Shown here: one piece after another, positions 9,736 through 20,266 of the stretch
How positions within the stretch are numbered: the first letter of the stretch is position 1
Layout of the letters: the number at the start of each line of letters is the position of its first letter
Origin: an uncultured Nitrospiraceae bacterium
GTDB taxonomy: Bacteria; Nitrospirota; Nitrospiria; Nitrospirales; Nitrospiraceae
Direction: 5' to 3'
Assembly: GCA_963846575.1 (NCBI GenBank)
Contig: CAWJWJ010000002.1
Coordinates: forward strand, 2,496,001 to 2,560,000
Length of the DNA stretch: 64,000 nt
The notes under the pieces: generated by a model
Database searches by the model: none
Seen by the model: the letters and a program-made list of their open reading frames with translations, nothing else
Told to the model about the DNA's origin: nothing
Translations under genes and position numbers: made by a program

Positions 9736-10633
9736 TGTGGTGTCCAAGAGATTCCAGACCGAAACGCGGGTTATCCATGACTTTATAGGCCGTACGGTTC
9801 CCCTTCGGGGCCGGGAGTTCAACCTGTTCAGTCGTCGAGCCATCCGGAGCCACTGTTACAGTCCGCGTCACACCGGGCCCGGACTGCGGATGCCACACCA
9901 CCAGCTTATAGGTTCCTGGCGGCACGTCCTCAATGCTAAATCTGCCCTGATCATCCGTCACTGCATAGTACGGATTGTTGACGGCCATGGCCCAACTCTC
10001 CATATAGGCGTGAAACCCGCACTGCATGTAAAAAGTGCGCCGCCCCTTGTTCAGATAAATAGGCCCCACTAAAGATTTGCCGGGCGCGTGGTTATGAATG
10101 GCGTGCAGATCGCCCCGACGGTGCTGCTGGTTCAAGGTCAAGGGCGTATTGAACAACACGCGCGCTCCCGCTTCCGGGGATGTTTCATATCCTTGAATGT
10201 CGTGCATGACCGGGTCCATATTCACCACTTCAACCGCATGTCCATTGCGTACGATCGTAACCCAGGGCTGAAACATGCAATCACGCGCCTCAATGAGAGG
10301 AACTGACAGGTCAAATGGCTTGCCGGCCTCTACTCCTTCAAGTGTCACAATTGCATTCTTCAGTCCCCCCTCGGAATTGACCGTGAAGTCGTGCAGCAAC
10401 CGCCATCCTTTCCCGTTTGAGATCCGACCGCAGTAGGCGGGATCGGGAAAGGTGATCAGGTTAAACCCCTTCGGCTCCGGGACTTCCCCGGACAGGATCA
10501 CTCGACCGTCGAGCGTACCCCCGTGCTGGACGTCAATGACGTCGTAGGCACCGACCGTCGGAACGAGAGGACAGAGCCAGGCTGTGAACGCAAACGCGGC
10601 CATACGAAGCATGTGTGATAGAGTGAACCTCAT
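9701..10633 (-). CDS. Exported cupredoxin-like / carboxypeptidase-regulatory-like domain protein (paralog 2)
   Basis: ATG 10633; signal peptide; MHDIQ...MQCGFHAYM; VPPGTYKLVVWHP. Confidence 0.8.
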   Translation of the reverse strand: MRFTLSHMLRMAAFAFTAWLCPLVPTVGAYDVIDVQHGGTLDGRVILSGEVPEPKGFNLITFPDPAYCGRISNGKGWRLLHDFTVNSEGGLKNAIVTLEGVEAGKPFDLSVPLIEARDCMFQPWVTIVRNGHAVEVVNMDPVMHDIQGYETSPEAGARVLFNTPLTLNQQHRRGDLHAIHNHAPGKSLVGPIYLNKGRRTFYMQCGFHAYMESWAMAVNNPYYAVTDDQGRFSIEDVPPGTYKLVVWHPQSGPGVTRTVTVAPDGSTTEQVELPAPKGNRTAYKVMDNPRFGLESLGHHIEIQPLVEHQH

Positions 10634-10658
10634 AAGTCCCCCATAGTGGTGCGCTGGC

Positions 10659-11600
10659 TTACGGATTTTGAACTTGCAAGGTCGGCCGAATGTCGACGAC
10701 CTTACCGAGGGATTCTGGTCCGTAGTGTGGATTCTCGGCGATCTCGTGGGCACTTCGCCGCCCTGTCGGAGCCTCGAACGAAAAATCGACCGTGGAGACG
10801 CCTTTCTCAGTAACAGTCACCCTCTTCTGCAGAATGGTTCCAACACCGGGATGCCACGCCAAAAGGGTATACTCGCCGGGAGGCACATCGGTCAGCGTAA
10901 AGGCTCCGCCCTCACCAGTCATGGCATAGTAGGGATTATCGACCGCAAATCCCCAGCTTTCCATGTAGGCATGAAATCCGCACTGCATGACGAACATTCT
11001 TCTCCCTTTGGTCATATGGATGGTTTCCTTCACCGGTTGCCCGGGGAGATGCTCATGGCTCTCTGCATTCACCCGTCGCGTGTGGTGGGGATTCATCGGC
11101 AGCGGAGTATTGAACAGCACCCTCGGGCCGAGTTCGGACGTTTCATAGGCCTGAATGTCGTGCATCACGGGATCCATGTTCGTCACGACCACGTCAGACC
11201 CATTTTTCACGACCGTGACGAAGGGAAGAAATCGACAATCGCGGGCCTCAATCGTCAACGGTTCGAAGCTGAAGGGCTTCCCCTTCGTCGCATCAGCCAG
11301 CAAGACCACCGCATCCTTCAGTCCATCGCCTGCCGTCATAGAAAATTCATCGAGGATCCGCCAACCCGTTCCGGTTGAAATCCTGCCGCAATAGACCGGG
11401 TCAGGAAACGTGATCAGGTTATATCCCTTCGGAGTGGGCTTCCCCCCTGTCATTGTGACAGTACCCGTAACACTCCCGCCATCCGTGACCGCGATCTCTT
11501 CATAGGCCCATAAGGGAGACCAACAGACAGCGACGGTCCAAAACATGGCAAGACCAACGGATCGCATGACGTCCCTCCAAGCAAGCCGAACAATGGCCAA
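10659..11600 (-). CDS. Exported cupredoxin-like / carboxypeptidase-regulatory-like domain protein (paralog 3)
   Basis: Shares blocks with paralog 2 (NLITFPDP.YCGRIS, NMDPVMHDIQ.YETS, MQCGFHAYMESW), indicating a tandem duplicate. Confidence 0.8.
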   Translation of the reverse strand: MAIVRLAWRDVMRSVGLAMFWTVAVCWSPLWAYEEIAVTDGGSVTGTVTMTGGKPTPKGYNLITFPDPVYCGRISTGTGWRILDEFSMTAGDGLKDAVVLLADATKGKPFSFEPLTIEARDCRFLPFVTVVKNGSDVVVTNMDPVMHDIQAYETSELGPRVLFNTPLPMNPHHTRRVNAESHEHLPGQPVKETIHMTKGRRMFVMQCGFHAYMESWGFAVDNPYYAMTGEGGAFTLTDVPPGEYTLLAWHPGVGTILQKRVTVTEKGVSTVDFSFEAPTGRRSAHEIAENPHYGPESLGKVVDIRPTLQVQNP

Positions 11601-11664
11601 TAGAAGCAGTGTCCCGAAGGTGATTGGACACTTTTTTCATCATACACAATCAAGCCGCCATAAC

Positions 11665-11694
11665 AAAAGGGGGGAGCCCTTTCAGGCTCCCCCC
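11665..11694 (-). terminator. Intrinsic terminator after the multicopper oxidase
   Basis: Minus strand GGGGGGAGCC-TGAAAG-GGCTCCCCCC-TTTT. Confidence 0.8.
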
Positions 11695-11723
11695 TCCCGC
11701 GCATCTCTTGCGAGATTGACTAC

Positions 11724-14700
11724 TTACTTTGCCGCAACAGGAACCGCTTGAACAGTCGGCTGTTCAACCGCGGCACTCTTCGCGCCAGCACTTGCTCCCG
11801 CCAATGGCAACAATCGTGTATCGCCGGACGGCAATACCCTGACATAGCCCCACTGGCCGGACTGCGAGTACGGCAACCGCTGATTGCTATACACATAGTC
11901 ACCAGGCAGACGGTAGGGACCACCTGCCGAGGAGATGAACGCGTCGAGCACTTCTGAACCGGAGTATTCGACCACACTGATTTGATCGGCTCCTCGCATG
12001 AACGGCTCGATCGGCCATTCGTGCTTCTCTACGCTGAACATCCCGTTCTGCTCATTGCTGACACCCAGCACATGGATCCGTACCGGGTCTCCGGCATGGG
12101 TCTCGATGATGGGGGTCGCCGGATCCTCAGGCTTGTCCGCTTTGCAAGGTTGGAACACCTTGCCCAACGAACAGCCCTGCTCTTCACGGAACTTGTAGGG
12201 TTCGGACCGGTAGTTCACACCGGTCAAACCAGCCACATTCTGGACGTACGGCATAAAGCTGGTGCCGATGATGTTGTCCTCGTCCTGGAAGAACAAGGCC
12301 ACATCGCGATAGTTGGCGCGCAGTTCATTGCCTGGCACTGAACGGTCGATGATCACATCGGCTGCCCAGGCGTTCTTATTGGAAAGGTCCGCACCGGTCT
12401 TGGGATCACGATATTTCGATCCCTTCGGACCGACGACAACAGCGCCGAACAACCCGTTCCGTGGATTGGTCATCACATTCCCCCAATCCCACACCAATGA
12501 CGTCGTCTCCCCATTGAACGGATCTGCATAATACGTGTAATCGCGCTCACCTCCTGGGGCAATGGTCTGATCACCGGGGTTATTGCCCACGTTCGCACCC
12601 AACGAATCCTTGGGATCGAAGGCCAAACCGATTGCAGAGAAGGAGGCTCTGCTTTCCTTCATTTTGTTTTTCAGATGCACCTTCACGCAATCACCGGTAT
12701 TCACACGGAGCGTCAGCGGCATCGGATGCGTTCCGGCTGCCACCTTGGCCGTGTCCTCCTCCAAAGCATAGATCTTGGCTTCGGAATTGGTCATGAGGAT
12801 CTTGCGTTCAAAGTCCACCTCGATTTCTTCCGGCGCATTCGCATTGAACTTCATCCCCGGATAGTCCATCGCGACGACGTTGAAGGATTTCACCGGAGCG
12901 TCAGCAGGACATATCGGTAGAGTTTTCGGAATATCCCCCTTAAGCGAATACCCAGCAGGCAGTTTCTTCAGATCAGCCTGCTCTTTATCCAGCACGCGAA
13001 TGATTCCCCAGCCGCCCTCTGAAAACTTCGAGGATCGACCGTTGAAGTGAATGTAGTCACCGGCCTGGTGACGCGACCCACCTGCTGCAGGAACCACCAG
13101 GTCGTACCGCTCGGCGATGCCGATATGAATTGAGTTCTTCCGATTGGCATCTGATGCGTATCGCTCCGTCCAGAACGTATGGCCGGACAGGGTCCAGACC
13201 ATCGATTCATTCATGAGCGTGTGCAGCAGCCGGAACACCATCGTGTCTCCGACATAGGCCCGCAAGGTCGGCGTGTACGGATCGCCGTGAACCTGGCTGC
13301 TGAATGCCTGTGACACATCTGGGTTGGTCGCCAACCGCTGCGCGATCGGTGCCGCCCTGAAGTTCAGGCCGCTCCCGGTCGTATGAGTCCCACCATTCAG
13401 AAACGGCATGGGGGTCATGTAGATTTTCTCGGGCATCATAAAGGATACGGTTTTGCCTGCCTCGAGCGCCACTTCGATCGGCTGCCCTGGAGGATTACCG
13501 GCCGTCACCACGTTCACCGTGTGCGGCACGGTGTCATGCACTTGCACCATCAGCTCACGGAAGCTGTTGTTCACGCCATGACCAACCGGCTCGTTCGTGT
13601 GAATGTCCGCGATCGGACCGCTGCGGATTAACTTCCCGGTCTTCGGATCATGGTAGGTCGATCCAACCGGCTCCGCGATGAAGGTTCCGAACCCACCGTG
13701 CGGCCACGTGGTCGCACCAAACGCGTGGTCGTGCCAGAACACCGTCCCCACGTCCGCATCGACCCAGAACCGCTGCCGCACGAACTCCACTGTCACGATA
13801 TCGTTGACCGGGTGATCATGCTTCAGACCCTTGGCCAGCGTGATCGTATTGCCCTTGATGGCCTTGATGCGGGAAAGTTCATTACCTTTCACATTGTCGG
13901 CCCCAACGAGGATGAGGGTCCCAACATGGTACTGCTTGGCATTTTTCACGGTAATGCTCGTCGCACCCTTCTTAGCCGCGGCGCGTAAAGACCGTGTTCA
14001 TCGGGACAGGCAGTCCCTTCGGATTCTTCTTTTCCAGCATCGTGAACGGACGCACCGACTGTTCATAGGAGAACCCGGTGATCACACCGTCTGACGCTTG
14101 GTTATCGAACTGCAAGAAATGCCAGTGGGTATTGATCTTCGACGACTGGAAGTTGGTGTAGTCGTCGTCATCCCACTCGCTGGTCAAAGTCCAGTCCACG
14201 CAATCATAAATATTGCCGCGAACCACCAGCGGATACTTGAGATCATCGTTTTTCCGGACTTCGGCTTCTTCTTCATGCAAGACATAGATCAAGCCGTTCG
14301 GATCAACAACCGGCGGTTCCTTGCCTGTTTTCTTGGCAATGGTGATCGGCAGCTTGATGAAGTGAACATTGAAGCTCTTCTGTCCGGCGTTTTCAGGGCA
14401 GAGACTCCAATTCCCGTTCTCGCCTGGTATTGCCTGCTCAACGCTTTCCTCGCCATTGGCCTCCCGACGGATCATTTCCAGCCAGGGCGCGCCCACATGG
14501 TTCGGGGAGAACATCACGCGCTTCCCGAAATGCGGGGTAAGGTGCGGCCAGGCAACCTTACCTGTCAAAGGCTCGAAGGTGATCGGATGCCGTTTGCCTG
14601 GATGAGTCGACTTGTATTTAGGATTGTCGATCGTGCTTTCAGGCTCGCTCATGGCACGGGTACCTTCCCAGGCCCAAGGAAGAACCGTGGCGTCGTACGA

Positions 14701-16590
14701 CACAATCTGACCCTTCTCGTCATCCTTGTGTCCCGGCTTACCCATGGTCGGGAGCTGCATCTCAACCCAGTCCTTGATGTTGATGGTGGCTGGGTTTGAC
14801 TTCCAGTCACTCTTGCCCTTCTCGACGATCTTGAAGGACTTGCCGAACCAATCCACGGTCTGACCCACTAATTTGTCCGAGGTGATCGGAGCACGGATGC
14901 GGCCCTTCCGATCAGGCAATTCGCGCAAATCCGGCATGACGTCATTGCGCATGTCGCCCTGCTGAAGCGTGTTGTAGACCCTCCAGTAGCCCCACATTCC
15001 TGCGACATAGTGGTGCGCCACGTGGCAATGGAAGAGAAAGTCGCCAGCCAGCTGCTGACAGAGGCCGGAGCCGCACTCGGTTTCGAGATCCAACGCTTCG
15101 GACGGACCGATCACTTCAACGTCAACCCGGTCGCTTTTCGCACGGATCACCGGATACTTCACCGGTCCGTTGACGGCGGTGGTCCACAAGTTCATGTCAT
15201 CGATCGCGCGCGGGCTTCGCGGCCACCGGATCGTGCCGCCGTGGGGATGGTGGCTGTGGAATACTTCGGATCCACCATGCACCAGTCGGAACTTCGCCGG
15301 GTCGCCCATGTAGGAACGGGGAATCGTCGGGGACGCGTCGCCGAAGGTATAGGAGCTATACCCCATGGACTCATCTTCAAAGCCGAAATATTCGTGTTGA
15401 ACATGCATGTTGTTGATACCGAAAGGCTCGCTGCGATAATTGATCGCACGGCCACCCGGACGATAGGCGTCCGTCAGCGGATCACGCTGTGGCAGGAAGT
15501 CGCCCTTCTTATTGACCGGGCGGAAAGCCTCGTCACCGACCTCGTGATACATCAGAACGAATTCGCGAAAGTCAGGTCCCGTCCCGTTCTTGATGATGAC
15601 CTGCCACCCGCTGGCGGCGGGGGTGGGATCACCCGTGCCCAATGGTTCGAAATATTCAGAGCCGCGCGGCTCGACGATGAACGAACCGAAGAGTCCCATC
15701 ACCGTCAATTCGCGGTCATTGGCGAACGTATGGAACTGCCGGACGCCCTCCTGCGTGCTCGGATGGATGTACCACTCAAACTCCCCGCTCTTCTCAGCCG
15801 GCACGATGCTGTCGGAGTTGGTCGTGGCGGCCGGGGCACCGGTTGCACTGACGACCATGCTGGAGCCGTGAATGTGCAGACTGACATCCTCGCCACCTTC
15901 CAGCTTATTGCTCAGCTTAATCTTGAGGCAATCTCCCTGGTTGGCTCGAATTGCCAATGGTTGAATCCACTGGGCCTGCACACCTGGAATCACTGCGCCC
16001 GGATCGAAACCGTCTACCTCGCGCGCCGTGCGGTTCTTTTCTTCCTCCGCGCGGACCTTTTCGAGATTCTCATCCAGCGTGTACATGTAACCGGGATAGA
16101 AATCGAGCCACTGGTTGAGGGTGATTTCGACGTTAATCGCGGAGATGTTGTACTGCCTCACCGGAGCGGTAGCCGGACACTTGCCGCCATTGTTCATTGC
16201 CACCGGTTCCACTCGCGGATCGGACATCAAGAGGAGGTCCTGGCCGCCTGCTCCATACTGGTGCATCATGGTCTGGGTGTTGAACATACCCGTATTGACC
16301 TGCTGCACCTGCGGATCTTGGGCCAGATGGTCCATGATGCGCTGATGTTGCTGTTCCACCATGGCAGAACGCTCGGACTTGCCAACGATCGCATCTTCGA
16401 CGATCGTTTGCCCCTTCAGCTGTTGTGCCCATGTGGGTAAATTATGCGACATCGCCGTCTGTTGCGGCGCCACATGATCCGCATGCGACTGGTTCTCAGC
16501 CGACGCGGCCAGCGGCAGACACACGAGCGCACCACCAGCGATGACGGTGAGCGCGCGCGTTGTGACACGGGTTAACCAATGACGATCCAT
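11724..16590 (-). pseudogene. Giant (~1621 aa) MnxG-like multicopper oxidase split by an apparent 1-nt frameshift near 13984 (ORFs 13972-16590 and 11724-13949); may be a sequencing error
   Basis: Signal peptide; SLHIHG, FHSHHPHG, FHCHVAHHYVAGM and NTHWHF in the N-part; FWHDHA in the C-part; removing one base from TTT ACG C GCC GCG GCT AAG joins the frames (..NTVFTAAAKKGATSITVKNAKQY..). Confidence 0.85.
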
Positions 16591-16750
16591 GGACCGGCCT
16601 CCTTGGATAGAGTTGAGAGAAGGATTGATAAAAACGTATAGCCGTTACAGGCGGAATGAAAAAAATCCACGACGACCAATGGGCGTGCTTCAGCGTGACA
16701 TTCCGCGTGTTATTCGACGCAGAGCTTTACCTCTGAGAAACAAGAGCCGG

Positions 16751-16779
16751 AGATTACTGAAGTCCATCTTCTCTGTCAA
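16751..16779 (-). promoter_or_regulatory. Putative sigma70 promoter of the multicopper oxidase
   Basis: TTGACA-N17-TAATCT on minus strand, about 160 nt upstream of the ATG with AAGGAGG RBS. Confidence 0.5.
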
Positions 16780-16949
16780 CCCCCAACACTGTTCCTCTTG
16801 CCTGATTCCGACCTGGCTCCTCTTCGGAAAACTATCCTACCATGCCGGGCCTCTCTTTTGGGATGACCAGCGAAGGAGTCCACATGGTCGGCTGCCGCGA
16901 GGAAGTTCGTTCCATTGTTACTGTTCTGCTGTTTGAGGCATAATGACGC

Positions 16950-18764
16950 ATGATCTTGAAACGCTGGCTTGTTGGCCTGCCACTCAAGACGAAGGAAGCC
17001 GCTCACGAACGCCTTTCCAAGCGACTCGCCCTAGCCGTCTTTTCCTCCGATGCCCTTTCCTCGGTGGCCTACGCCACGGAGGAAATCCTGCTCGTCCTGA
17101 CCCTGGCCGGCACGGCCATGGTGGGGTACTCCATTCCGCTCAGCCTTTCCATTGTCGGCCTCCTCGCCATCCTCACCATGTCCTATCGGCAAATAATCTT
17201 TGAATATCCGGATGGTGGCGGCGCCTATATTGTCGGCAAGTCCAACCTCGGTGAATGGCCTGGTCTGGTTGCGGCAGCCGCCTTGATGATCGACTACGTC
17301 CTGACAGTGGCGGTCAGCGTTGCGGCCGGAATGGCTGCGCTGACCTCCGCCGTTCCATCTCTCCTTCCGCATCGGGAAACGCTGTGCTTTGCGGCCATCG
17401 TTCTGGTGACCCTGGTCAATTTGCGGGGGGTGCGCGAATCGGGGCAGTTTTTTGCCATCCCGACCTACATCTTCATCGGCAGCCTCGCGGCCATGCTCGG
17501 CGTGGGGGCCGTCCAGATTCTCTTCGGTCACGCAGCGAGGATCGAACCGCCTCCCAGCATCGCTGTCACGGAACCATTGACCCTGTTTCTGCTGCTCCGC
17601 GCCTTTTCGTCCGGTTGTACCGCTCTCACCGGAGTGGAAGTCATTTCCAACGGCGTGTCTGCGTTCAAAAAACCTGAACCGAAGAACGCTGCCTTCACGA
17701 TGACCGGCATGGCCGCAATCCTCGGCACCCTGTTCATCGGCATCAGCGCCATGGCCTATTACTTCGGCATCGTTCCAAAGGGAGACGAGACCGTCGTGTC
17801 TCAAATTGCGCGCGCCACCTTCGGGACCGGCCCTCTGTATTTCCTGGTACAGGCTTCGACCATGGTCATCTTAATCTTGGCGGCCAACAGCAGCTTCAAT
17901 GGATTCCCCAGGCTGGCGTCGATTCTGGCACGCGATAGTTACATGCCGCACCAGATGTCCATGATGGGTGACCGGCTGGTGTTCTCCAACGGCGTGATCA
18001 TTCTGGGGGTGTTTTCCTGCCTGTTAATCCTCCTGTTCAATGGCGACACCCACGCCCTCATTCCACTCTATGCCGTGGGCGTCTTTCTCTCTTTCACGAT
18101 CTCGCAAGCCGGCATGGTGAAGCGCTGGCTCATCAAGAAAGGGCCGCACTGGGAGAAGAAACTGCTGGTCAATGGAATCGGCGCGGTCACGACCGGGATT
18201 GCCACGCTGATCATCGCGAGTACGAAATTTACTCACGGGGCCTGGATCGTCATCGTCCTGATTCCCCTCTTGATCATGCTGTTTCGAACCATCCGTGCCC
18301 ACTACAAAGCCGTCTCCGAACAGGTGGCGCTCTCGCGAGATCATCGTCCTCCCATGCCCCGCCGCAATATCGTTGTTCTTCCCATCGGAGGGGTTAACCG
18401 AGCCGTGATTCGGGCAGTCGACTACGCACGCAGCCGCTCGGGAGACATTCGCGCCGTGCTCGTCGACGTCGACTCGGAGGAAACTGCCCGGGTGGAGATT
18501 CAATGGGCCCAATGGGGCTGTGGTGTCCCGCTGGCAGTTTTGCCATCTCCTTACCGTTCGGTGTTGAGCTCTCTGCTGGAATATATCGAACAGGTTCTTC
18601 AGAAGGACCAGGAGTGTTGGGTGACCGTCGTCATTCCAGAAATCCTCCCGGCGCGTTGGTGGCAAAATATCCTCCACAATCAACGTGCACTTATGCTCAA
18701 GGGCGCTCTTCTATTCAAGGATCGCGTGATTCTGACCGACGTCCCCTACCATCTGACGAGGTGA
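16950..18764 (+). CDS. APC-family permease (KimA/YdaO-like K+/amino-acid transporter)
   Basis: FSSDALSSVAYATEEIL, YPDGGGAY, DYVLTVAVS, GCTALTGVEVISNG; cytoplasmic domain with SPYRS and LHNQ. Confidence 0.9.
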   Translation: MILKRWLVGLPLKTKEAAHERLSKRLALAVFSSDALSSVAYATEEILLVLTLAGTAMVGYSIPLSLSIVGLLAILTMSYRQIIFEYPDGGGAYIVGKSNLGEWPGLVAAAALMIDYVLTVAVSVAAGMAALTSAVPSLLPHRETLCFAAIVLVTLVNLRGVRESGQFFAIPTYIFIGSLAAMLGVGAVQILFGHAARIEPPPSIAVTEPLTLFLLLRAFSSGCTALTGVEVISNGVSAFKKPEPKNAAFTMTGMAAILGTLFIGISAMAYYFGIVPKGDETVVSQIARATFGTGPLYFLVQASTMVILILAANSSFNGFPRLASILARDSYMPHQMSMMGDRLVFSNGVIILGVFSCLLILLFNGDTHALIPLYAVGVFLSFTISQAGMVKRWLIKKGPHWEKKLLVNGIGAVTTGIATLIIASTKFTHGAWIVIVLIPLLIMLFRTIRAHYKAVSEQVALSRDHRPPMPRRNIVVLPIGGVNRAVIRAVDYARSRSGDIRAVLVDVDSEETARVEIQWAQWGCGVPLAVLPSPYRSVLSSLLEYIEQVLQKDQECWVTVVIPEILPARWWQNILHNQRALMLKGALLFKDRVILTDVPYHLTR

Positions 18765-18768
18765 CGGT

Positions 18769-19890
18769 ATGACCAACACAACCACCAGGAATCCCCGGAA
18801 CATCCTATCAATTGGATATCTTTTCGCTGCAGGAATGTTTCTGAGCCTGCTCTCCGGCCAGGCGTCGGCCTTCCGCCTCATCTCACCGGCCGACGGGTCC
18901 ACCTTGGTTTCAGGTCAATCAGTCCCGGTCGAAGTCGACGCCAGCCGGGAGGCCGGTCTTTTCGAAGTGCGTTACTACTGGTACCAGGAGCAAACCGAAT
19001 CTCTCGTGGAGCAAGGAGAAAAGGGGGCCAGCAAGCCGAGCCGGGGAGCCACCATGGCGACGGGTCAGTACTGGCGGAAGGACAGTGTGACGGACGCTCC
19101 CGTGGTGGCGATCCCAGCCATGACCGCCACCATTAACGAAGTACCGCCGTACGGCGGGAATTTGCCCATTCCCCCGGACGCAATCGGCCGCATGCGACTC
19201 CTGGCCATCGCCGAGATTTCACAAGGCCGTCTGGGCCAAAGGGCCGACTTCGATGAGGTATTCGTGATGGTGCAGCCGGAGGCGGAGTTGGTCTCGATCA
19301 GCTTCGAAACCGAAAAACCTCTACAACTCGGGCGAACCGGGCAGTCTTCCGCCTTCGGGCATGTGGATTCGCTCGGCAAGATCTTCGAACTCCCGGTCGT
19401 CGGGGAGTTCGCAGACGGGATTCCACGCCCTCTCTCCTCACCCACCACAGGCACGACATACACTTCCGGCGACGAGCGCATCATTAAAGTATTACCCGAG
19501 GGGCTGTTGCAAATCGTGGGGAAGGGGAAGACCTCACTGACGGTGTCCAATCGAGGCAAGGAGGCAACTCTCGACATACGGGTTGACGTCAATGATGAAC
19601 CCAATGACCCTCCCGTTGCAGATGCCGGGACCGCAATGGCAGTCAAGGCTGGCTCTAAGGTCAGGTTGAACGGATTACGCAGTCGAGACCCGGAGGGGGA
19701 ATCGCTGTTCTACGCCTGGAGCCAGGTCCGCGGGAGCAAGGTGGCGATGCTCGACGTCAACATGCCGACTCCGACATTTACCGCACCCTATGTGGCCGAA
19801 AAACGCACCTTCCGCTTTAAGCTTCGCGTGACGGATAAGAAGGGCGCGGATGGTGTACCGGCCTACGTAGACGTGCGGGTCGAGCCCTAG
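18769..19890 (+). CDS. Exported Ig-like / PKD-domain protein
   Basis: Signal peptide ASA-F; NDPPVADAG...LNGLRSRDPEG..YAWSQVRG...PTFTAP...FKLRVTD. Confidence 0.8.
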   Translation: MTNTTTRNPRNILSIGYLFAAGMFLSLLSGQASAFRLISPADGSTLVSGQSVPVEVDASREAGLFEVRYYWYQEQTESLVEQGEKGASKPSRGATMATGQYWRKDSVTDAPVVAIPAMTATINEVPPYGGNLPIPPDAIGRMRLLAIAEISQGRLGQRADFDEVFVMVQPEAELVSISFETEKPLQLGRTGQSSAFGHVDSLGKIFELPVVGEFADGIPRPLSSPTTGTTYTSGDERIIKVLPEGLLQIVGKGKTSLTVSNRGKEATLDIRVDVNDEPNDPPVADAGTAMAVKAGSKVRLNGLRSRDPEGESLFYAWSQVRGSKVAMLDVNMPTPTFTAPYVAEKRTFRFKLRVTDKKGADGVPAYVDVRVEP

Positions 19891-20266
19891 CTCCCGACGT
19901 CCCCTAGTCCAATCGGCCTCTCGGCCTGTCTCCCCACGACATCTGCAGGAACTATCCCTCCTATACCTCCCGTTGTCCCATCGTGGCGCTCGTTGCGCCA
20001 TCTGCACGGTTGGCCGGATGGCCAGGCCATCGGCTCGACCAGTCTTGTTCCTTTCATGCGAATGCTCAACCTATCTGCCCGGATACGATGAGCGCTTTTC
20101 ACCGCTTGAATCTCACCTCATCACCAAATCAGAGAAAAAAAGCCGACCCTGATCCCGCCTTGAACCCGATCTGTCCTGACTGATCAACTGTGTTACTATT
20201 CGGTGCAACTGTTCCCGAATATTCTTCGCCGGTTTTCCCGCTGCATATTTGAAAAGGAGGCCTCTC

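Noticed and set aside
13960..14000. Programmed ribosomal frameshift in the MCO
   Set aside because: No slippery sequence or obvious stimulator; a simple indel is more parsimonious
15010..16440. Long antisense ORFs (476 aa here; also 4045-4950, 50515-51450, 52344-53222)
   Set aside because: Shadow ORFs opposite well-supported genes in GC-rich DNA, with no recognisable motifs
16591..16750. Mn2+ (yybP-ykoY) riboswitch upstream of the MCO
   Set aside because: The leader is structured, but I could not identify the consensus loops
16790..16950. c-di-AMP (ydaO) riboswitch upstream of the KimA-like permease
   Set aside because: No recognisable conserved ydaO elements by eye; an Rfam scan would be needed to exclude it fully
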